From Mayamaea pseudoterrestris (lineage: Eukaryota): DNA of 64,000 nucleotides. This document shows positions 12,920-26,264 of the stretch, piece after piece. Position 1 is the stretch's first letter. Each line of letters opens with the position of its first letter. The notes under the pieces are model-generated. The model did no database searches, was not told where the DNA came from, and saw nothing but the letters and a program-made list of their open reading frames with translations. The position numbers and the translations under genes were made by a program. The stretch covers positions 496,001 through 560,000 of the forward strand of contig BROI01000010.1 of NCBI GenBank assembly GCA_027923505.1. Direction: 5' to 3'.

Positions 12920-15900
12920 CACCAATATCATTGCCGTCCCCTGAGACACTAGCCAGGCATACCATCTTGTTGCGCAGCCTGAATAATGATGTTGGCACCA
13001 TTCTGGTGTCATTTGGGTGTATACATGGCCTGCTGTAGGGGCGTTTGAATGTCATGGCATCTGCAGGCTGAGACTGGTGACAAGTCGTCACCAATATCAT
13101 TGCCATCCCCTGAGACACTAGCCAGGCATACCATCTTGTAGCGCAGCCTGAATAATGATGTTGGCACCATTCTGGTGTCATTTGGGTGTATACATGGCCT
13201 GCTGTAGGGGCGTTTGAATGTCACGGCATCTGCAGGCTGAGACTGGTGACAAGTTGTCACCAATATCATTACCATCCTCTGAGACACTAGCCAGGCATAC
13301 CATCTTGTAGCGCAGCCTGACTAATGATGTTGGCACCATTCTGGTGTATTTTGGGCACATACATGGCTTGCTGTAGGGGCGTTTGAATGTCACAGCATCT
13401 GCGGGCTGAGACTGGTGACAAGTTGTCACCAATATCATTGCCATCCCCTGAGACACTAGCCAGGTTTACCATCTTGTTGCGCAGCCTGAATAATGATGTT
13501 GGCACCATTCTGGTGTATTTTGGGCACCTACAGGGCTTGCTGTAGGGGCGTTTGAATGTCACGGCATCTGCAGGCTGAGACTGGTGACAAGTTGTCACCA
13601 ATATCATTGCCATCCCCTGAGACACTAGCCAGGCATACCATCTTGTAGCGCGTTTGTATCATGATGTTGGCCCCATTTTGGTGTCATTTGGGTGGTATAC
13701 ATGGCCTGCTGTAGGGGCGTTTGAATGTCACGGCATCTGCGGGCTGAGACTGGTGACAAGTTGTCACCAATATCATTGCCGTCCCCTGAGACACTAGCCA
13801 GGCATATCATCTTGTAGCGCAGCCTGAATAATGATGTTGGCACCATTCTGGTGTATTTTGGGTGTACCTACAGGGCCTGCTGTGGGCGTTGGAATGTCAC
13901 GGCATCTGCAGGCTGAGACTGGTGACAAGTTGTCACCAATATCATTGCCATCCCCTGAGACACTGCCAGGCATACCATCTTGTTGCGCAGCCTGAATAAT
14001 GATGTTGGCACCATTCTGGTGTCATTTGGGTGTATACATGGCCTGCTGTAGGGGCGTTTGAATGTCACGGCATCTGCAGGCTGAGACTGGTGACAAGTTG
14101 TCACCAATATCATTGCCGTCCCCTGAGACACTAGCCAGGCATACCATCTTGTAGCGCAGCCTGAATAATGATGTTGGCACCATTCTGGTGTCATTTGGGT
14201 GTATACATGGCCTGCTGAAGGGCGTTTGAATGTCACGGCATCTGCGGGCTGAGACTGGTGACAAGTTGTCACCAATATCATTGCCATCCCCTGAGACACT
14301 AGCCAGGCATACCATCTTGTAGCGCAGCCTGAATAATGATGTTGGCACCATTCTGGTGTATTTTGGGCACCTACATGGCCTGCTGTAGGGGCGTTTGAAT
14401 GTCCAGCATCTGCAGGCTGAGACTGGTGACAAGTTGTCACCAATATCATTGCCATCCCCTGAGACACTAGCCAGGCATACCATCTTGTAGCGCAGCCTGA
14501 ATAATGATGTTGGCACCATTCTGGTGTCATTTGGGTGTATACATGGCCTGCTGTAGGGGCGTTTGAATGTCACGGCATCTGCAGGCTGAGACTGGTGACA
14601 AGTTGTCACCAATATCATTGCCGTCCCCTGAGACACTAGCCAGGCATACCATCTTGTAGCGCAGCCTGAATAATGATGTTGGCACCATTCTGGTGTCATT
14701 TGGGGGTATACATGGCCTGCTGTAGGGGCGTTTTGAATGTCACGGCATCTGCGGGCTGAGACTGGTGACAAGTTGTCACCAAAATCATTACCATCTCCTC
14801 AGGCACTAACCAAGCATACCATCTTGTATCGCAGTCTGACTAATGATGTTGGCACCATTCTGGTGTCATTTGGGTGTATACATGGCCTGCTGTACAGGGG
14901 CGTTTGAATATCCCCACGGCATCTGCAGGCTGAGACTGGTGACAAGTTGTCACCAATATCTTGCCGTCCCTGAGACACTAGCCAGGCATACCGTCTTGTA
15001 GCGCAGCCTGTATAATGATGTTGGCACCATTCTGGTGTCATTTGGGCGTATACATGGCCTGCTGTAGGGGCGTTTGAATGTCACGGCATCTGCAGGCTGA
15101 GACTGGTGACAAGTTGTCACCAATATCATTGCCGTCCCCTGAGACACTAGCAAGGCATACCATCTTGTAGTACAGCCTGAATAATGATGTTGGCACCATT
15201 CTGGTGTCATTAGGTGTATACATGGCCTGCTGTAGGGGCGTTTGAATGTCACGGCATCTGCAGGCTGAGACTGGTGACAAGTTGTCACCAATATCATTGC
15301 CATCCCCTGAGACACTAGCCAGGCATACCATCTTGTTGCTCAGCCTGAAATATGATGTTGGCACCATTCTGGTGTCATTTGGGTGTATACATGGCCTGCT
15401 GTAGGGGCGTTTGAATGTCACGGCATCTGCGGGCTGAGACTGGTGACAAGTTGTCACCAACATCATTGCCATCCCCTGAGACACTACCGGCTCCATCTTG
15501 CGCGCCGCATGGTTCACCATTCTGGTGTTTTTCGGCACATCAGACGAACCTTTATTCCCGACTACAATGGACTGGGAGGCGATCAACCTCTTAGTCAGCG
15601 TAAAGCAAACAAACAAACTCAATTGCTAGAATAGTGCATGTTACTCGCTACTCTACTCGTGCGCTTCCTTCTCATTCTCACTGGGTTCACGGTCAGGGTT
15701 CACGCCTCGATCGTCAACGATTTCACTCATGTATGTGAGGTCGGTTAAGTGTGACTCAACCCTGCACAGGATTAAATGCATACAAAACACAGGTAGCTAA
15801 CCGTCTTTCTGGTCTAACTCATTGTCTCCCCGCTTTCTCTTGTCATGTGGCTGTGGTATACTGGCCTGCTGTGGGGGCGTTTGATTCACGCATCTCGGGC

Positions 15901-18900
15901 TGAGACTGGTGACAAGTTGTCCCAATATCATTGCCGTCCCCTGAGACACTAGCCGGGCGTGCCATCTTGTAGCGCCTGAATAATGATGTCCCATTCTGGT
16001 GTTTTGCCCGGCCTGGGCGTTTGGTTGTCACGGCATCTGCAGGCTGAGACTGGTGACAAGTTGTCACCTTCTTCCGCCCCCTGAGACACTGCCGGGCATA
16101 CCATCTTGTTGCGCAGCCTGAATAATGATGTTGGCACCATTCTGGTGTCTTTTGGGGCGGCCTGCTGTAGGGGCGTTTGAATGTAACGGCATCTGCAGGC
16201 TGAGACTGGTGACAAGTTGTCACCAAATCTTGCCGTCCCCTGAGACACTAGCCAGGCATACCATCTTGTGGCGCAGCCGAATAATGATGTTGGCACCATT
16301 CTGGTGTCATTTGGGTGTATACATGGCCTGCTGTAGGGGCGTTTGAATGTCACGGCATCTGCGGGCTGAGACTGGTGACAAGTTGTCACCAATATCATTG
16401 CCATCCCCTGAGACACTAGCCAGGCTTCCATCTTGTAGCGCAGCCTGAATATTGATGTTGGCACCATTCTGGTGTAATTGGGGCACCTACAGGGCCTGCT
16501 GTAGGGGCGTTTGAATGTCACCGGCATCTGCGGGGCTGAGACTGGTGACAAGTTGTCACCAATATCATTGCCATCCCCTGAGACACCAGCCAGGCTTACC
16601 ATCTTGTAGCGCAGCCTGAATTGATGTTGGCACCATTCTGTGTCATTTGGGCATCATGGCTTGCTGTAGGGGCGTTTGAATGTCACGGCATCTGCGGGCT
16701 GATACTGGTGACAAGTTGTCACCAATTCATTGCCGTCCCCTGAGACACAAGCCAGGCATACCATCTTGTTGCGCAGCCTGAAAACTGATGTTGGCACCAT
16801 TCTGGTGTCATTTGGTGTACTACATGGCCTGCTGTAGGGCGTTTGATTGTCACGGCATCCGCGAGCTGAGACTGGTGACAAGTTGTCACCAATGTCATTG
16901 CCATCCCCTGAGACACTAGCCAGGCATACCAACTTGTAGCGCAGCCTGAATAATGATGTTGGCACCATTCTGGTGTCATTTGGTGTACTACAGGCCTGCT
17001 GTAGGGCGTTTGAATGCCACGGCATCTCCGCAGGCTGAGACTGGTGACAAGTTGTCATCCTGCCCCCCGAGACACCAGGCCATACCATCTTGTTGCGGCC
17101 ATATAGTGATGTTGGCACCATTCTGGCGTCATTTGGGCCTGCGTAGGTGTTTGAATGTCTGCACTGATGGTGACCAGTTTATCCGCCTCCCCTGAGACAC
17201 TAGCCAGGCATATCATCTTGTAGCGCAGCCTGAATAATGATGTTGGCACCATTCTGGTGTATTTTTGGGCACCTACATTGGCCTGCTGCGAGGGCGCTTT
17301 GAATGTCGCGGCATCTGCTGAAGGCTGAGACTGGTGCAAGTTGTCAATATATTGCCTCCCCCTGAGACACCGTAGCCATGCCTACCATCTTGTTGCGCAG
17401 CCTGAATAATGATGTTGGCACCATTCTGGTGTCCTTTGGGGTGTATACATGGCCTGCTGTAGGGGCGTGTCGGCATCTGCAGGCTGAGACTGTGACAGTT
17501 GTCACATATATCGTCCGTCCCCCTGAGACACTAGCCAGGCATACCATCTTGTAGCGCAGTTTGAATAATGATGTTGCACCATTCTGGTGTTTTGGGTGCT
17601 CCGCTTTGGAGGCGTTTTGATGTCGGCATCTGCAGGTTGGGGGCTGGTGACAAGTTGTCACCAATATCATTGCCATCCCCCTTGAGCATATCTTGTAGCG
17701 CAGCCTGACCTTCTGGTTTGGTCCTTAGGGCTCGTTTGTGGGCGGCCGCATCGGGCGGGGTGGTGACAAGTTGTCGCCATTATCATTGTCGTCCCCTGAG
17801 ACACTCCAGGCATACATCTTGTGGCGCAGCTTGTATAATGATCTTGGCACCATTCTGGTGTTGGTACTCAGGGCCTGCTGTACGGTAGGGGCGTTTGAAT
17901 GTCACGGCATCTGCAGGCTGAGACTGGTGACAAGTTGTCACCAATATCATAGCCGTCCCCTGAGACAAGCCAAGCATACCATTTTGTTGTGCAGCCTGAA
18001 TAATGATGTTGGCACCATTCTGGTGTCATTTGGGTGTATACATGGCCTGCTGTAGGGGGCGTTTGAATGTCACGGCATCTGCAGGCTGAGACTGGTGACA
18101 AGTTGTCACCAAATTGCGCTCCCCCTGAGACACTAGCCAGGCATACCATCTTGTAGCGCAAATTGAATAATGAGTGTTGGCACCATTCTGGTGTCATTTG
18201 GGTGTATACATGGCCTGCTGTAGGGGGCGTTTGAATGTCACGGCATCTGCAGGCGTGAGACTGGTGACAAGTTGTCACCAATTCATTGCCATCCCCTGAG
18301 ACACTAGCCAGGGCATACCATTCTTGTAGCGCAACTTGAATACTTGGTGTTGGCACCATTCTGGTGTCATTTTGGGCACCTACGGGCTTGTCTGTGACGG
18401 TAGGGCGTTTGATGTCACGGCATCTGCGGGCTGAGACTGGTGACAAGTTGTCACTAATATCATTGCTTCCCCTGAGACACATTTCGCATACCATTTTTGT
18501 TGCGCAGCCTGAATAATGATGTTGGCCATTCTGGGTGTTGGTTGTCCCTTGGCCTGCTGTGGGGCGTTTGAATGTCACAGCATCTGCAGGCTGAGACTGG
18601 TGACAAGTTGTCACCAATATGTGCTGCCCCCTGAGACACTAGCCAGGCTATACCATCTTGTTGCGCAGTCTGGTAATGTTGGCACCCTGGTGTCATTTGG
18701 GGTGTATACATGGCCTGCTGTGAGGGGCGTTTGATTGTCACGGCATCTGCCCGGGCTGTGGGACTGGTGACAAGTTGTCCTGTATCATTGCCATCCCCTG
18801 AGACACTAGCCAGGGCATACCATCTTGGGGCAGCCTGAATAATGATGTTGGCACTATTCTGGTGTCATTTGGGTGTTTACATGGCCTGCTGTAGGGGCTT

Positions 18901-21121
18901 TGTCCCTCTGTGCAACCCCTGAGCCCGCCCTGAATAATGATGTTGGCACCATTCTGGTGTCATTTGGGGTGCACCTACAGGGCCTGCTGTAGGGTGTTTG
19001 GATGTCACGGCATCATGCGGGCTGAGACTGGTGACAAGTTGTCCTCGTCTCATCCCGAGACCACTAGCCGGCAGCCACCATCTTGTAGCGCAGCCTGAAT
19101 AGCATGTTGGCACCATTCTGGTGTCATTTGGGGTACCTGCAGGGAGAGGCCCGCTGTAGGGCATTTGAATGTCACGGCATCTGCAGGCTGAGACTGAGTG
19201 ACAAGTTGTCACCAATATCGTACCATCCCTGAGACACTAGCCGTGGTCTGCTGCCTGAAAATGATGTTGGCACCATTCTGGTGTATTTTGGGCACCTACA
19301 GGGCTTACAGTAGGGCGTTTGAATGTCACACACGGCATCTGCGGGCTGAGACTGGTGACAAGTTGTCACCAATATCATTGCTGGCCCCTGAGACACTATG
19401 TTTGAATGTCACGGCATCCGCGGGCTGGACTGAGTGACAAGTTGTCACCAATATCATTGCCATCCCCTGATCACTAGCCAGGCATACAATCTTGCTGCCT
19501 GATTAATAGATGTAGCACCATTTTACTGTCATTTGCGTGTATACATAGCCTGCTGGAAGGGCGTTTGAATGTCCGGCATCTGCAGGCTGAGACTGGTGAA
19601 AAGTTGTCACCATATCATTGCCGCAGAGACACTAGCCAGGCATACCATCTTGTAGCGCAGCCTGATTAATGATGTTGGCACCATTCTGGTGTCATTTGAG
19701 TGTCATACATGGTCTGCTGTAGGGCGTTTGAATGTAGCACTGCAGGCTGGGCTTGACAAGTTGTCACCAATATTTACCCCCCTGAGACACTAGCCAGGCG
19801 TACCGTCTTGTAACGCAGCTGGAATAATGATGTTGTCACCATTCTGGTGTAATTTAGGCACCTACAGGGCCTGCTGTAGAGTGTCTTGAATGTACACATT
19901 TGCGGGCTGAGACTGGTGACAAGTTGTCACCAAATACACATTTACCCCAGTCTACTGAGACATCCCCAGGCATACCATCTTGTAGCGCAGCCTGAATATT
20001 GATGTTAACAGCATAACATCTGCTACTATTGACTACTTTTGCTTCTTACGTAATAGGGGACAGCTTCCGGCAAATTTGGGTTCGAGTCCCCATAAATTAT
20101 TTTTTAATTTACGATGCCGTCCTTTTCCCTCACTAATGTATAGCTTTGTGACTTATTAAGACCATAAAGTCATTTAAAGTGTGAACTGCAGTGTAATTCT
20201 CTTCCCTAATTTTAGGCACCTACAGGGCTTCTGTTGGGGGTTTGAATGTGCGTCTGCGGACTGGGATTAGTGACAAGTTGTCACCAAATACTGCCAGCCC
20301 TTGAGACACCAGCCAAGCTTACCATCTTGTGGCTCAGCCTGCCAAATCATGTTGGCACCATTCTGGTGTTTTTGGGGCACCTACAGGGCTTGCTGTGGGG
20401 GGTTTAAATGTCACCATCTGCGGGCTGGGGTGGTGACAAGTTGTCACCCGAATGCATTACCATCCCCTGAGACACCAGCCGGCCTACCATCTTGTAGCGC
20501 AGCCAGAATAATGATGTTGTCACCATTCTGGTCTAATTTAGGCACCTACAGGGCTGCTGTAGGGGCGTTTGAATGTCATGGTATCCTGCGGGCTGAGACT
20601 GGTGACAAGTTGTCACCAAATAATTGCCATCAGGAACCTGTAAGCCCTACTTATCTTGTAGCGCAGCCTGAATAATGATGTTGGCACCATTCTGATCTTT
20701 GGGCACACAGCTTCTCCGTTTAGATATCCGGCATCTGCTCACCAAATACTTACCTGAGACACAGTAAGCATACCATCTTGTAGCGCAGCCAGAAAAACGA
20801 TGTTGGCACATTTCTGGTGTATTTTGGGCAAATACAGGGCTTGCTGTAGGGGCGTTTGAATGTCACGGCATTATGAGTGAGACTGGTGACAAGTTTGTTA
20901 CCAAATACATTGCCAACTTAGGAGACCACCAGCCAAGCTTACCATCTTGTAGCGCAGCCTCCAAAAACGATGTTGGAACCATGCTGGTGTATTTTGAGCA
21001 CCTACAGGGTTGCTGTAGGGGCAACTGAATGTCATGGCATCTGCAGGCGGGACTGGTGACAAGTTGTCACCAAAATATTATCCCCTGAGACACCAGCCAA
21101 GCCTACCATCTTAGCGCAGCC
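12920..21121. repeat. Satellite A (mostly A1, A2-like towards the right end), increasingly indel-degraded; non-repeat interruptions at ~15540-15840 and ~20010-20210
   Basis: The same 169-bp monomer in the same orientation. Small indels are frequent from ~13650 onward. The last recognisable monomer ends ccatcttagcgcagcc at ~21121. Confidence 0.93.
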
Positions 21122-22161
21122 AGATAGCAGGTATGCAACAGAGAAGTAGCCATCACTATGCCGTTAAAAGAAGTAGCGCACCCAGGAATCGAACCAAGGA
21201 TAACTTGGCTATATCACCTCTAAACACGCTGCTACTTTTCCGTCTGCTGGTGTACTATATGCTGCATACAAGGCACCATGCACTATGACAAGTAAAGGTA
21301 TCGGCTCTGGTTGCTTGTTTTCGTGGTGCAGCCTGCCTCCCCTAGCTTTGCGCGTCATAGTGCTAACTCGTCTTCCGTTTCAGCTGGCATTTTCGTCTCG
21401 CGGAGATGTCTTTTCAGTTTTTTCCTGCGACGTTTTGGACTCGGCGCATCTTTGTGCACTCCCAGGGTCCGCGACTCCCCATCGTTCGTTCGTGACAAAC
21501 CCGTCCGGCCAGTGAATTTGCTTTTTCTTGGCTTGATTAATTCGCAACTCGAACCAAACCAAAGGAATGGGAGGCAACCCGATCAACATTGGCATGTGGT
21601 CTGCCCGTTGTCGGTAGCTGTTCCCATTCTTCTCTCCCCGCACCACTGATGACGTGACTATCGATCACAGTGTACTCATAAGGGTATCTTATGAGTGTTC
21701 CCAAGGCAGTCTCCTCGAAGCATCCGCCCTGAGCCGGACGAGGCAGCTGAAAAGACCGACCATTGATAGGCACGCTTATGACTTCTTGGAGTACATTATT
21801 CGCCTCTCAACGGTCGGAATATCATATGATTGGCTTTAATAAAGTGTCACTTCAATCATCATGACTCATTTCGTAACCAACGAGAAGCGCAAGGAGCCAA
21901 CGAGATCAATCGAATCGACGGCCGCGTTGGAATGCACCTCTCCATGCTCCGGCAGCGTGAAGCAAGTCGTTCACCTCGTATAAATGCACTTATACTTGCC
22001 GGCACGATTTACGTTCCTTGACGCACTCGTCGTGTAGGTTGCAGCGAGCGTGCTTCCAAATCCAAACGCTGTCTCTGCCGCCATCACTTGCATACGCACC
22101 TTGACACTCGCAACGTCTCAATCCTATCTACAGTATCTACTACAATCACAATCAGCGAGAC

Positions 22162-22690
22162 ATGATCACTCTCCTAGATCCTCCGGAGAACGACGACGTC
22201 CTTTACAACGTACTATACGCACCTCCTCCTCCGAATCCGCTTCATACCATGGTAGCTGCATCCGCCGAACACGCTTCGCCGATCGATCCGTCATCCGAGG
22301 TCTTGCAAAGCACGCGACTGCCGAGCAGCAGCAATCTTCATCTTCACCACTTTCAGTCCGAGGAGGTGAGTCTCACTGACGATGAAACGACTGCGACGGA
22401 CGATGAGGACTTTGACATGCAGTTCAGCAGCCACTACTACGACGACGATGCCGCTACCATTGACAGTCTCCGCAAGGAATTGGCAGCGATTGAGGATTCC
22501 TGGGGCAAGCATGGTTTGGAACACTTGGTGCACTTGCAGCATCAGCAGCCAGACGATTATCGCGTGGACGGAATTCCGACGTTTACCATGCCGGTCAATT
22601 TGGACATGTCGTGGGACGAGTCGGACTTTTTGGAGGAAATGGCGGATGATGCAAAGTTGCTGGATGCAGTGGCTGGCAAGGTTTTACACG

Positions 22691-22722
<32 letters not shown>

Positions 22723-22914
22723 ACTGTTAGTGACAGCGACGAATTCTCTGGACACTGCAAGGATATTGTGGAAGACGAGGTGGGTAAGCTTGCTGGTTTT
22801 ATTTTGGGCAGTGTGAGGGCGAACGGAAGGATAGTCGAATGTGAACATCAATGTTCTAACGTATGCTTTTGCTTCATTTTCAATGAATCACAGATAATGA
22901 TGGTGACGGAGTAG
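22162..22914 (+). CDS. Hypothetical acidic, low-complexity protein with a His10 tract (3' end may be spliced)
   Basis: 250-aa ATG-initiated ORF, D/E-rich, with a PPPP motif and HHHHHHHHHH. Candidate splice donors (gag|gtgggtaag) lie near 22780. No family recognised. Confidence 0.55.
22693..22722 (+). repeat. (CAT)10 microsatellite encoding poly-His
   Basis: Ten perfect CAT units in frame with ORF 22162-22914. Confidence 0.95.
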
Positions 22915-24030
22915 AGTTCTACATGCATTATTTGGAACGAATTGAACCGAGCCTCATCAAACACAAACTCATGTCGATTAAATTCGTTTGAACGAGGCAT
23001 CGTGGTCGATGTCATGTCACCGCGTCCGCTTGAAATACGGAATCGCAAGGCTGCTACGCTGTCCAAGAGGCAAGAGGATGGCAAATTTGGCGTGGGACTT
23101 GTTTTGAAATAGAAAGTATACAGAGACGACGACTCGACGATGCGTCTAGCTGCGGCGACGAGACGGTCGGTGCACTCGAGTCTCGAGTTGGAATGTGCCG
23201 CGACTTTCCCATTGATTACTTTTCTCAAGCGATTTTTAGAGCTCACCGAACCCATTATCATAATTTACTGTTAAGCACCGCTCAACAAGCGGCAAGGGGT
23301 GAGAATTGACCCTCTCCAGCGGGACTCTGCACAGCGTCGCAAAACGCACAGCCGCCGACGCTGACATGTCATACGTCGGCGCTATGACTAGCTACACTTG
23401 ATCACTAGCTTCCCTTGGCGGATCGGCAGCTGGTGGCTGCGAGACAATTTTTGGTGTCATGATTGCAACGTGTTCGCTTGTTGCAAATCGATCATTTCAT
23501 GGTTGTCAAGCCGGCTGGATTGCACTCGGTGTCGGCTGGGAGCGTTTGCATTCGGACAGTTGCTTGTGCCGCAACGGTCCATTGAGAGATTTGCCGAATC
23601 CGTGAGACTATATTATCGTATGCCGTCGACTCCTGATAAGAAGCGTTGCAGGTGCAGTTGCAGTGCATGCATTTTAGCCAATGTGCTGAGACAATATGAA
23701 AACTACGTATTACATTATAATTAAAGTTGTTTAGTATAATACAGTAATATTTTGAAGTATTGTAATGCGTTTGTAGCAAGTGCAGGAGTATTATCTGTAA
23801 CTGCGTCAGCGCCTCACTCGTCAAAGTATTTCTTGAGCTTGGTACGGTAGCTAGAATAAACCGTTACGACACAGTATTCATGATGGTTGAAGAACGTACG
23901 TCAGTGCTGCCGAATCGTCGACGTTTGGTGGTGGTCATGAACGATCTTCGCTTCAATCCCAGCCATCGCTGTCGCTGCTCTGCTTGGTCTTCTACAACAT
24001 ATCACAGTTCTTTTACCTTATATCATTACA

Positions 24031-24669
24031 ATGAAGTACTTGTCTGCGATACTCGCACTTGCATCCGCTGGAACGGCGGCGGCTTTTGCCCCGCAAATGC
24101 CGCCAGCGTCGCGCCAATTGACAGTCACGAAGGCAGCTGCTGCCGAAGAGCTGTACATTGACGAGGAACGTCGCTTCCTTATGAACCTCATCATGGTCGG
24201 ATCTGGACTAGTGACTGTCGGTGCTTTCGGTATTCCATATGTTGCCTTCTTTTTTCCACCAGGCAGTGGCGGCGGCTCTGCTGGAAGCGCTGCGAAGGAT
24301 GCCCTTGGTAACGACTTGTTTGCCAAAGAATACCTCGCCACCAAGCCAGCAGGTGACCGTTCGCTCGCGCAAGGATTAAAGGGAGACGCCACTTACCTCA
24401 TCGTCAAGGAAGACAAGACATTGGAGTCGTACGGATTGAACGCTGTCTGCACCCACTTGGGATGCGTAGTTCCATGGTCAGCCGCTGCCAACAAGTTTCA
24501 ATGCCCTTGCCACGGATCCCAGTACGCCCCGGACGGACATGTTGTACGTGGACCGGCGCCGCTTCCACTGGCATTGGCTCATTGCGATACCGACGATACC
24601 GGCAAAATTATCTTCTCGCCGTGGACGGAACCCGATTTCCGTACCGGAGAAAAGGGATGGTGGAACTAA
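24031..24669 (+). CDS. petC: Cytochrome b6f Rieske iron-sulfur subunit, nuclear-encoded and plastid-targeted, intronless
   Basis: Rieske boxes CTHLGC and [22 protein letters not shown], the FFPP-GGG hinge, [12 protein letters not shown] and C-terminal [10 protein letters not shown] are present. The signal peptide ends AAA|FAP (ASAFAP-type bipartite presequence). Confidence 0.97.
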   Translation: MKYLSAILALASAGTAAAFAPQMPPASRQLTVTKAAAAEELYIDEERRFLMNLIMVGSGLVTVGAFGIPYVAFFFPPGSGGGSAGSAAKDALGNDLFAKEYLATKPAGDRSLAQGLKGDATYLIVKEDKTLESYGLNAVCTHLGCVVPWSAAANKFQCPCHGSQYAPDGHVVRGPAPLPLALAHCDTDDTGKIIFSPWTEPDFRTGEKGWWN

Positions 24670-25258
24670 ATGAAGAAGCTGATCAAGTTTGATTACTCGA
24701 ATCAGTTGTCTCTGGCTAGATTTTATTTTAGTCAAATACTGTAGTTTGCCTTTTGCTATTGTTTTCAATTGTCCGGTTGCTTGATTTTGGAAAGTAACGT
24801 CAACTATGTTAGCAAGCATAGCGTCATAAAATATCTGCGCCTCAATCGACTCAACAAATATTTGCCTACTCACATAATGTTCATCCTTGCCCTCATGGTA
24901 CCGTTTGTTGAAAGAGTATCTTTGTCCAAGCACCTGCAACTCGCGCGGGATTGTCTCATCTGCCAACAGTATATACAATGACTGGACATAAGGATACAAT
25001 CTCCAGCTGCTATAGTCAATCATGTGACCTGAAATATGACACTATCATATTGCTGCTGTTGCTTAATGTTGCTAGGGAAACATTTAAAAACCCTACTAAG
25101 GGCGACTGCTAGTCCTTGCACTCGCGACTGTATGCAACTCTCGCCTTGTCCATCATATGACTCTTCCTTGGAGACAGAATCCTTGATCATCTTCTTCAGA
25201 AGAAGTTTACATGCATTTGCCACTTCAATAGAATCCATTTGGTTGCTTGCCAGAAGCC

Positions 25259-25511
25259 AGTGTGTTTGAGTAGTCGAAAACCATGCTGCCTGCCAGCCAA
25301 CACCAGAACTCCACCCAACCCCAGTCATCTTTCTGGAGGGTTGAAGGTATACCATTGAAGGGATTGCCCATCCTACATTCTTAATACATGCCTAGCAACC
25401 ACAGAGACTCATATTGAAGATGGCTGGCTCATGGCTATGGCTATTGACTGTGAGTGTGTTTGAGTAGCTGAAACCCATGTTGCCTGCCAGCCACCAAACT
25501 CCACCCAACCT
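25259..25511 (+). repeat. Satellite D, left copy (~1.3 units of ~194 bp); inverted relative to 57451-57905
   Basis: agtgtgtttgagtag occurs at 25259 and 25453. Its reverse complement matches ctactcaaacacact and the surrounding unit at the right end of the block. Confidence 0.85.
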
Positions 25512-26264
25512 CAGCTATGGATGATTTGTTTGCACCAATCTCACTGCAAGCATGTCCCCAAGCATAGCCGATCAGGATGGATGGAGCAAGACTTCATTTG
25601 AGGGTAGATTAAAAAGGCCATGCACTGTAGTACCATGGAGCTGGTACCTGTGTTGATGTCTGGATTGCCCTCCCATACCGTAGCTGCTTGGAATCAGCTA
25701 TGAATGATTTTTTTTGCCCCAATCTCACTGCAAGCATGTCTCCAAGCATAGCCAAACAGGATGGATGGAGCAAGACTTCAATTGGGGGTAGATTAAAAAG
25801 GCCATGCACTGTAGCACCACGGAGCTGGTTCCTGTGTGGATGCCTGAACTGCCTTCCCATACCGTAGCTGCTTGGAATCAGCTATGGATGATTTTTTTGC
25901 CTTAATCTCACCGCAAGCATGTCCCCAAGCATAGCCAAACAGGATGGATGGAGCAAGACTTCATTTGGGGATAGATTAAAAAGGCCATGCACTGTAGTAC
26001 CATGGAGCTGGTACCTTTGTTGATGTCTGGATTGCCCTCCCATACCATAGCTAGGAAGCAGCTATGGATGATTTTTTTCACTGATGTCACTGCAAGCATG
26101 TCCTTTAACATAGCCAAACAGGATGGATGGAGCAAGACTACAATTGGGGGAAGATTTGGAAAGCCATGCACTGTAGCACCATGGAGCTGGTTCCTGTGTG
26201 GATGTCTAGATTGCCCTCCCATGCTATGGATGTTTTTTTGCACCAATCTCACCACAAGCATGTC
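25512..26264 (+). repeat. Satellite C, left block (~4 units of 180-184 bp)
   Basis: cagctatg(g/a)atgattt occurs at 25512, 25695, 25879 and 26059. The block joins satellite A at catgtc|tgttggaccattctgg. Confidence 0.9.

Noticed and set aside
20051..20095. B-box/T-loop-like GGGTTCGAGTCCC in an AT-rich insert
   Set aside because: An isolated motif without a cloverleaf, inside a probably noisy segment.
21171..21237. tRNA-like sequence on the minus strand (GGTTCGATTCC with flanking AAGTAGC/GCTACTT)
   Set aside because: The T-stem is mismatched and there is no convincing D or anticodon arm; it lies at the edge of a low-quality region.
25245..25262. Target-site duplication for the D-bounded cassette
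   Set aside because: The left flank (gccagaagcc) and right flank (ggtacaccta) share no direct repeat, so the cassette is not called as a mobile-element feature.
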